Source: Vitrella brassicaformis CCMP3155 (lineage: Eukaryota; Protista; Chromerida). Taken from it: a DNA stretch of 55,804 nucleotides. The notes beneath the pieces are model-generated. The model worked only from the letters and a program-made list of their open reading frames with translations, was not told the origin of the DNA and ran no database searches. The first letter of the stretch is position 1. Every line of letters begins with the position of its first letter. The stretch spans positions 1 through 55,804 of the forward strand of contig CDMY01000538.1 of NCBI GenBank assembly GCA_001179505.1. Reading direction: 5' to 3'. Below, piece after piece: positions 47,530-55,804 of this stretch. The position numbers and the translations under genes were made by a program.

Positions 47530-47681
47530 ACTGATCCGCTCAGCACTCCCCACACGGCCTCCACGGCTCACCGGGCGCCGCTGGTCCGGAAGCCGGGATT
47601 CCCGAGGCGAGCGAACTGACCGCCGGCAGGAACGGTCAACAGCCACACACAGACCACCAGCCGTTGAACCAGCATCAGCAT
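46846..47681 (-). CDS. Hypothetical basic protein, possibly mitochondrial; C-terminus uncertain
   Basis: Three consecutive in-frame GT-AG introns (47616-47657, 47465-47571, 47286-47423) give MLMLVQRL|FARLGNPGFRTSGAR|CGTEIVQPNDRRA|GKGNYVACRPNRFVDPYFLGRRW. Confidence 0.7.
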
Positions 47682-47892
47682 TGAGGAAGAGCGGCTGCGC
47701 TCGCGAGATGAGGCGGGAGATGAGACCTTGCGGGTGGGATGGCTGAGAAGTTCGGAGACGCTGGACGGTGTAGCATCCTTCATGATGTACAGGGGACGCT
47801 GCCAGGCTGCAAAAGGCCTTGGAAAAGTCGCCCCGCGGAGGATCGCCCTTAAACGCGAGCTCAGCGTGCAAGAGAGTCGCTGAAAGATCTCC

Positions 47893-50800
47893 ATGCGCCC
47901 TTCCCGTGTGGTGCCCTTGACTCGGCAGGTGCCATCCTGCCTGCATCTGTCGTCATCGCTGCATCCTCCATTGACCCAGCAGCATCGGCCGTCCCTCTCT
48001 CTTCCAAATCCCACCCCGCCTCCCTTCCACATCCACACGCACACGCGCCGAGCATTCAGCACCGATGCCGCAGCAGCAGCCGCAGCAGCTGAGGGCGGCA
48101 AGGCGGGCAAGAAAAAGAGAAAGAAGAAAGGCGCTGCAGCGGCAGCAGCAGAGGGAGAGATGCAGCAAGCAGCGGGGGAGGGGGAGGGCGCTGCCGCTGC
48201 CGCTGCTGGTGCAATGGATCAGCAGCAGGCAGAGATGCCCCTGACGCGTTATGCAGTGGATGTGTCCTCGCTGCATCGGGGGGCTGACGAGGCTGTGAGC
48301 GATGTCCGGGGGATTGCGAGAGAGGTGGCGACGCTCAGCTCGGGCACCCTGCAGCAGGTGCACCCACAGACATGCTGCAGTGCAGGCAGAGATGTGGATG
48401 ACACTGACATTCATGGGTGTGTGGTGTGGTGTGGTGTGGTGTGTTGTGGTGTGTGTGGTTCAGGTGCTGCGTCAGCTTGTTGAGGAGAAGACAGTTGACC
48501 AGGACCTGTGGAAGGCGCTTACAGGCATGTGCATGTTTACTCACAGCACATGACCGCAGCAGATGTGTCTGATGTGTGGATGGATGCAGGTGTCGATCGC
48601 GCCTCGCCCGAGAGGACTCTTGATGACTTCTTCATCATGCTCGAGGCAAGAGCACAGCAACACCGTGGCATCCAGAGATGAGATGCGGCTGTCTGTCGCT
48701 CGTTCTCTCTTTGTTTCCACCTTTCTGTGTGCCCTTGGTGTCCGGCATTCAGGCGTGTCGGCTGAAGGGCTATCGTGATGTGGACCTCATCGCCGCCCTC
48801 TCCGACCAGCTCACTCCTCAGGTAGACACATCCACCGTGACACTAGACGGACGGCAATTGTCGCTAGCTTGTACTTGTTGCCTTTGCCTTGGATGCAGCT
48901 CCTTCACTGTTCCAAGGCGACGCTGCTCGGTGGGGGCTGATGAAGCAATCAAGAGGGGATGGATGGATGGATGTGTGTGTGTGTGTGTGAGTGATCTTCA
49001 GAGTATGCCGAGGTGTATTCCCTGTTGGGACTCCTTCACGAGCCCGTCTGCCTGGCCATAGCCAACGCACTCAACCAACACATCACCACAGGTATGTATA
49101 AGGCCGGCCGGGCCACTCACTCAACAGACAAGTGTGTGGCTGGGCGTGTGGCTGCAACAGGTGCCTCCCTGAGTGTGGGTGAGTGCCTGACAGCGCTCCG
49201 GCTGATGGCACTGCAGAGGTGCAGGCAGACGCCGCTCGTCGACAACCTCTGGCAGGTCGGGAGAAATGCGTGTGCGTACCTCACAGACACGCACAATGTC
49301 TTGTGCGTGTGCAGGCTGTGGTTGATAAGGGCGAGCTGAGGGGAGGGGACGCGGTCGACCTGCTGTACTGGCACGCCTACCTCACCAAAGCCACACCTGA
49401 CGTCATCGATACGCTGCAGGTACACAACACACCGATACAAACCACCACGACAGACACAGCACACCCTCTACCCTCTCTCTCTCCCTGTGTGTGTCGGGGT
49501 GTGTGTGTGTAGGGGTGCATATTGCGGGAGATGGACAGCCTGGATCTGCCGCAGCTGTCGAGCTACGTCATGAGCCTTCTCCTGGCTGAGGCTGACGTCC
49601 ACGACGATCCCGATGTGCGAGCCAAGGCCATGCACAACATGCAGACAGCACTGGAGAGGTAAGTACTTGGCTGTCACCACTGGGGAGAGGGAGAGATGGA
49701 CACACACGTGTTTTGTCTGTGTGGTTGTGTGTGTAGAATGTGCGACGGCATCTTCGAGCGCGAGAGCGACCGATGGGCCAGCTCCAAGGATGACGTCCTC
49801 CTCCATAGGTAGGTGTGATACCCCCCCCCCCCCCCCNNNNNNNNNNNNNNNNNNNNNNNNNNNNNNNNNNNNNNNNNNNNNNNNNNNNNNNNNNNNNNNN
49901 NNNNNNNNNNNNNNNNNNNNNNNNNNNNNNNNNNNNNNNNNNNNNNNNNNNNNNNNNNNNNNNNNNNNNNNNNNNNNNNNNNNNNNNNNNNNNNNNNNNN
50001 NNNNNNNNNNNNNNNNNNNNNNNNNNNNNNNNNNNNNNNNNNNNNNNNNNNNNNNNNNNNNNNNNNNNNNNNNNNNNNNNNNNNNNNNNNNNNNNNNNNN
50101 NNNNNNNNNNNNNNNNNNNNNNNNNNNNNNNNNNNNCCCCCCCCCCCCCCCCCCCCCACAGACGGCTCCCTCCGTCTGTCGTTGTCTGTCTCCTGCAGGC
50201 GTCTGCTGCTGATCCGCAGTGCACTTCGGTACCTGCACCGAGACACCTACGAGCAGCTGCCAGGTGTGTTGTGTGTGTGAGGGAGAGAACCACACGCACG
50301 GCAAACACGCCATTTTTCCCCTACATGCTCACATGCCTGTCTGTGTGGTGGGCGTGACATTGGTCAGACCGCGTCCGTCAAGCGCTGCGTCGTGTCCACC
50401 GGATTGAGCTGCCGAGGAAGCCAACCAAGAAGATCGCCTTTGTGGAGAAGGTGGGCGGCCGCACACTCACGAACGGACAGACGGATGGACAGGCGGACAT
50501 GTCTGCTGGTGTCTGTCGGTGTTTGGTTCATTCAGTTGAGCATGGCCTTGACGAAGCTGCGTATAGCGCACCACAAGTACGCCACTCGCGGCCCTCTGAC
50601 CTTCGACATTCTCGAGAGGGACCGCAAGCTTGTGTGGGAATGCGCCACGGTGGACAGGTCAGACAGACAGACATCCACAGAGAAATCGGTCTGCCCTTCT
50701 GTGCGCAGCTACTGTTTGGTCATTCATTATATCTTCTGCCACTCAGGTTTTACCTGAGCACCTTTGACAAGATAGCGACGGCCCGTCTGAATGAGCGGCT

Positions 50801-51214
50801 GACCAAGGCCATGGGCTACCGAGTGGCCAGGACCAACCACTGGCAGTGGGGACGAATGAAGTGAGCAGACGGACAGGCAGACAGATCAAGGAGAGAGGGA
50901 CAGAGAGAGGGACGGATGTGTGGACGTGTGTGCGTGTTGGTCAGGGCGAAGCGCAGCCGCATCGAGTATGCGCGAATGGCCCGGTACTATGCTCTCCGAG
51001 ACAGAAGGTGCGTGTCCTCATTGCCAGGCAACACAACCACAGACACACAAAGAGGGCGGCCGTGTGATGTGGTGTGTGTGGTGTGTGCAGGGAGTTTGAG
51101 GAGTATGAGGGCTGGACGATTCCCTACCTGCATTACCTGCACAAGAAGGCCAAGAGCGTCCACCACGAGGGCTACTTCTACAACTACATCCCCATGGGAC
51201 ACTTCAAATACTGA
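47893..51214 (+). CDS. RAP-domain helical-repeat RNA-binding protein with a mitochondrial presequence
   Basis: Presequence ending RRAFST. Helical repeats. C-terminal GPLTFDILERDRKLVWEC..DR|FYLST...ARLNERLTKAMGYRVARTNHWQW matches the RAP pattern (D+...E.dG..HF...T..K.R.L...G..V..I...W). The gap falls inside an intron. Confidence 0.8.
49837..50136. other. Assembly gap (300 N) inside a poly-C run in a RAP-gene intron
   Basis: Flanked by poly-C on both sides; the flanking exons join in frame (LLHR|RLLLIRS). Confidence 1.
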
Positions 51215-51997
51215 CAGACTGACAAATGGAATGGCCAGCTGGCACTCATATGGGGCACTGACTGCACCTGCTGGGGTTGGCTTGGATGAGCCCGTCATGG
51301 CATGAGTGACGGACGTGTGTCGGGTGGATCGTGGTTTGGTTGACGAGGAAGAGCTGCTGGACGCGTCATCGATGACGCTCACGGGATGACGCTCCCGGCC
51401 GCTCATTCTCTCTAGCCGAAGCTCGATACACTTGACAGACAGACAGACAGATAGACAGAGCCGCCTTCCGAGAGAACTGGACACTTGTGACGGTGCAAGA
51501 ATTGCACATTGGATTGCGCCAAGCTGGCGGCTGGGTAATGTGTGATCGATTCTCCCTTTTCTCTGCAACCAGCCTTTGTCTGCATAAATGGTGGCGGTGT
51601 TGCATTGCATTGGTCGTTGCATGTCGTGTTGTGGTTGGCTGGCTGGGTGACTGACTGGCCGCCCGACCTGATCGATGCTATGCTCCCTCTCTCTGTGTGT
51701 CTGCTGCATTGCATGTGTGTCGTATCGTCAGGCATGCAAAGCCATCTATGGCACAAACGGAAAGGGACACGCCCTTCACTTACTTGGCCACTTTGGCCAA
51801 TCGTAAACTATGGCATGCATGTAGGTTTCGAGAAAGATTGTCCCAACCAGAAGGAAAGGATCATGCGGGGACACGGGAGTCTTCCGCATTATATTCATTC
51901 TCCTTGTCCCGTCCCTCGGCAGAGCAGTCTGTTCAGTTGTTCCCTTCTTCCATCCCTCTCTCTATTCAATCGCAAGACAGCTTCATCGTGCCCCAAG

Positions 51998-52840
51998 ATG
52001 ATGGACATCGAGTCAGGCGCCAAAGTGCGAGAGCGCACGGCTTCCGAGACCACCGACAAAGGCCTCGCACACGGCCACCACAAGTTCCCCGTCGTGGCCG
52101 TTGTGGCACTCGCCGCGATTGCTGTGGCCGTGGCTGGATTGGTCGTGGGAGCCGTTGCCCTGCAGAAAGCCGTCTTCAAGGAGACTGCCACGGACGGCGT
52201 GGTGAGTGCAGTGCATGGCAGATCTATCGAATACAGACAGGGAGAGGGAGGAGGGCAGGGTGTGTGTCGATGACTGTCTGTCTGTCTGTCTGGTTGTGTG
52301 TGTTTGGTGTGTGCAGATGGTGCACATGACGGCGGGAGCGGACGATCAGCATCGGGTCCTGCAGGCTTTGTGCATGGCCAACCGCATGGTAAGCACACGA
52401 AAGAGCGGCTGTACACTTTGCTGCCCACACATGAGCGTGTGTGTGTGTGTGTGCAGGTCGACGCGGGCAAGGACGTGATTGTCTTCTGCGATGTCGACTG
52501 CCCCCCGGTGATGGCCAAGACTGCCGAGGACTTCACGATCGAGGAGGCCCCTTGTGTGGCCGACACATCCAAGAGTGGTCTGATTGACAAGCTGGTGGCC
52601 AGGGGGGTGCCGATCTCTGTGTGCCCGGGGTGCGTCGCCAAACACGGCCTCTCGATGGAGGACCTCAGAGACGGTGTTGACGAGGTAACCAGCCACACAC
52701 ACACACAGGGGACGGAGGGAGGGAGGGAGGAGTGCATCATCGATGACCATACGTGTGTGTGTGTTTGTGTATGTGTGCAGCACGACGCCAACGAGTTCTT
52801 CGCCTTCACGGAGGGCCGGATGCTCCATTTCGACTACTGA
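51998..52840 (+). CDS. DsrE/DsrF-like family protein with an N-terminal transmembrane anchor
   Basis: Four exons. VHMTAGADDQHRVLQAL.MA, DVIVFCDVD, LVARGVPISVCPGCV..HG...EDL..GV, EFFAFTEGRMLHFDY* resemble bacterial DsrE-family proteins. Confidence 0.75.
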
Positions 52841-53979
52841 CTGATTGTACAACCAGCCAGCCGCGTGTGTTGCGTTGGGTGGCTCTCTTTCTTCTTTGCT
52901 ATGCGTGTCAGTCGTGTGAGCCACCCTCTCTCCCTCTCCTCCCTCTCCGACACACAGCGCTTCTAATGTGCTCTTTTTGGTGTCTGCGTGTGTGTGCCCA
53001 TACGGATGGCTGGCCATTGGGGCGCAGCGCATATGAATGGGCCCGGTGGGTGCGTCAGTCAGTCACTCACTCACTCAGCCAGGGGTGTAGTGCGGCACAG
53101 GGGCGTGTGTGACCGACCGCTTCCGAGTGACCGCTTCCTTTGTCCATCGCCCATTCACAGAGGGGCTGTGTGCTTGGGCGATGGACGGCAGGTCACGTGA
53201 CAGGTGCTCTCGTGTGTGTGTGTGTGTGTGTGTATGTGCCCTTTATCGTATGCGCGTCGTGTGTGTCCTTGCTCTTTTTATATATATGTGGATCACGATT
53301 CATGGCGCTTCATGTGGCTCTGTGGCTGCCATGCCATGGGTGTGGCGCGTTTCCGTCCGCAGGACTGATCGACGGATGGGCCACTGTGTGTGGTGTGGTT
53401 GTGGGTGTGGGTGTGGGTGTGTTGTGTGCCCATGCGGTTGTGTGCATGCCGCACGGATGGATGGATGGATCGGCGGCTGACAGAGACCTGCAATGGATCG
53501 GATTGCTCGGTGAGGGAGTGGGTGGATGATGGACAATATGATTACTGTACATATGAAACCATTCAATTTCCCGCAGCACGACACCCCACACATGAATGCC
53601 ACCAGGCGGCCAGACAACCAAAACAACCAAATACAGTACGGCTCTGTGCATGCCTCTAAATCGATGCCAGTGGAGGCAATATGTGAATGTGTGTGTGTGA
53701 CAGACATATACAAGAGAGAGAGAATGACATCAAAGTCCGTTTGATTGATACCGTCCATAAGGATGTCTGTCGCTTCGCATGAATCGAGCCATCCGTTCGT
53801 CCAGCAAGACAGACACATAGACACGAATGAGTCGTTCCACACAAGGACCACCGACACAGCAGCAAGGAACTCATTGGCGCACCAACAGCTCACATGCAGT
53901 GGACCCTTTGCTATACATCGCACTTATCTGTGCTTTTGCATTCTATGTGCGTCTTGTTTGCTTGGAAGTGTCTCCTTTC

Positions 53980-54432
53980 TCATGCCATGACGCCCGAGCC
54001 GCCATTGCCGCCGCGTGGCGTGGTAGCGGCCGTCGACGAGCCCGACACACACGAGGCCTTGGGGGGCTGCACCACAGCCTTGGCGCCAGCCTGACATACA
54101 TGCAGGACACATCAGCAAAGAAAGCAACCATTGCAAAACGACGCATTGATAGCCACCGCATCCACGCCCCGCCTGTGTGGGTGCACCTGGTTGATGTCCG
54201 TGTCGATATCCTTGATCTCCTTGACCTTCTTGCCATCCTCACCGTTGCATGCGCAGCCCTCCTTCCCGGCACCGTTCGTCGCCGCCGCCTTCATCGCCAT
54301 GGCATTGCGGCGCTTCATGAGGGTAGATCCGGCGATGGGGCCCAGCGTGATATCGGTGCGGTGCAGCGACGGGTTGAGCCGCGAGTACGTGGGGATGTGG
54401 GGCGTCAGCGGGCTCTCACACTCAGCCGCCAT
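53980..54432 (-). CDS. Hypothetical 118-aa protein containing an RRNA motif
   Basis: Exons 54187-54432 (82 codons) and 53980-54090 joined by a phase-0 GT-AG intron; a short 5'-UTR intron lies upstream. Confidence 0.65.
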
Positions 54433-54976
54433 CGGTGCTGTGGGGCGAATGCAGAGCCAGACAGATGGGACCGAGGACACTTGAGAAGATAGAGCGAAAG
54501 CAGCCAAAAGGGACACAATTGAACCGCGAGAACGTCACGCTCCACTTCATCGCCTTTTTGTCTCGACTTTCAAGCTCGCGCAGGTCTCTCCCGAGGAAAC
54601 GCCCGACGTCATCGAGTGCTGCAGGTGACACCATCGACTGTAAATTCAATCAGGTGCATTTCACGTCGTGAAATGTCTTTTCATGTGCAGGAGGTGACCG
54701 GCCAAGCTGGCCGTTAAGCAATGCAGTGGACGCATCGTTTCAAGCGAGAGGTGTGATGGGTTGGTTGTGGATCGAAATTGAGACACTCGTGCAGACAGAC
54801 ATGAATCAAACGGTCCAGCCGCCCATGCACACCAGTCCATCCAAGCAGCACATAAGTCAGTCTGTCATGTGCGCACAAGGCCACACATGTCTGCCGCTGC
54901 CGTCGTCGCAATGGCTCCTCCTCTTCTCACTCACTCAGCCCGACTTCACCTGCAAAACATCCATCCATCCATCCAT

Positions 54977-55804
54977 TCACTCATTGGGCTTTCGTCGTAT
55001 CCAGGCACTCACGTGATAGATTGCGATCTCCTTGGCGGTGGAGCTCATGCCCGCCGCCAGGGTGCCGTCGCCGTCGTCGTTGCGTCGGCCGAGGTAGCCA
55101 TCGGGAAGGTCGTCCTCCTTGACCCACTGAAGCATGCTGCGCACGTCAGCTGTCGGGCCGGGGCTGCCGAAAGCGAGCCGCAGATACCCGTCACCCAAAT
55201 ACACCTGCACACATGACATGTGACAGCCAGTCAGGGGGGTTCAGTGCCATTTACTGCAGTGACACTAATTATGTGTGCCCTCCACCCACCTTGCCGCGGG
55301 AGTCCATATTGGTGGCCTTGATGAAGGCGTCGCGGCCGGCGACCTCGACCACCTGTTGAGCCTCGGGGATGGGCACCTTGGTGACTTTGGCGTACGCACC
55401 GCTGATCGAGATGAGGAAGTGGGGCACCGGGTATTCATTCGTCTGTGTGGGGTCGGCGCACGGCATGAGTTGTCCCTCGAGGAAGGCGCCAAATCGGTGT
55501 GTGTCGTCGTGGTTGACGAGGAACAGCAGACCGCTCGCATCGCCCACCTTGTCGACCATCGTGCCGAAGTCACCACCGTCACGCGTCGAACTGACAGAGA
55601 GCAAAGGGCAGAGGGGAATGGAGTGACATTGCGAGAGATCAGATGGTCGTTTCTGCGTACCTGTAGAGGAGTGTCATTGAGGGCTTGGGTATCTCCGTCA
55701 TGGCCAGCACCTCACGCGTCTCCTCGAAGGTGAGCAGTGGGGCCGGGGGCCGATAGACGTCCTCCATCTTGAGGCCATACATCTCCACATCCTTCTGCAC
55801 ACAC
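54977..55804 (-). CDS. C-terminal part of a TLDc-domain protein, probably BTB-TLDc; continues beyond the window
   Basis: DVEMYGL (like the BTB end EAEFYGL), LLYS|STRDGGDF...LLFLV....RFGAFL, and VYLGDG...KEIAIYHV. Confidence 0.75.

Larger units (their letters stand above)
405..55804. repeat. Dispersed microsatellites (CA/TG, GA/TC, CAGA/TCTG, GATG/CATC, GAGT) concentrated in introns and UTRs
   Basis: Examples: (CA)n 425-452 and 944-972, (TG)n 9280-9310, (GA)n 47495-47527. Largely absent from long exons. Confidence 0.95.

Noticed and set aside
47892-47895. Overlapping divergent start codons in one CATG palindrome (minus ORF 47568-48110 Met at 47894; RAP ATG at 47893)
   Set aside because: The minus gene more plausibly starts at ATG 47681/47675, which gives the same ~200-nt spacing as other pairs. 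The upstream open frame is probably chance in GC-rich DNA. TSS data would be needed.
17212-50136. Three identical 300-nt N runs
   Set aside because: Scaffolding placeholders next to homopolymer or low-complexity tracts, not biology; reading frames across them cannot be inferred from gap length.

Overview
Eukaryotic, GC-rich, intron-dense genomic DNA from a scaffold with three fixed-length 300-nt N gaps. The organism is most likely a chromerid or apicomplexan relative such as Vitrella brassicaformis. This is inferred from ApiAP2 and RAP domains, an aldolase ending SLYEKKYVY as in Plasmodium, a BTB/TLDc-type gene, a bipartite plastid-targeting leader, and short microsatellite-filled introns. 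About 21 protein-coding loci were reconstructed by hand from GT-AG junctions. They include a tandem EfeO/imelysin (M75)-like secreted protein, a TraB-domain protein, an ABCG half-transporter, an Occludin/ELL-like protein, class I aldolase, three ApiAP2 loci, a VTT/SNARE-associated protein, JMJD4, a cytochrome P450, THADA/Trm732, an LRAT/NlpC-P60 protein, a RAP protein, a DsrE-like protein, a TLDc protein and several small hypotheticals. No rRNA, tRNA, CRISPR or intact transposon was recognised. Five observations stand out. (1) A pogo/Tc5 transposase-type CENP-B HTH exon splices in frame to an AP2 domain. (2) This lies within one of two recent inverted multi-AP2 paralogs that bracket a ~22.7-kb block and differ by exon-module gain/loss, one precise intron and 1-nt frameshifts. 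(3) Many introns have mutually complementary simple repeats at their 5' and 3' ends, suggesting RNA-structure-assisted splicing. (4) Head-to-head gene pairs spaced ~200 nt apart recur. (5) EfeO-like and DsrE-like genes look bacterial. All alignments and identities were judged by eye; no database searches were run.
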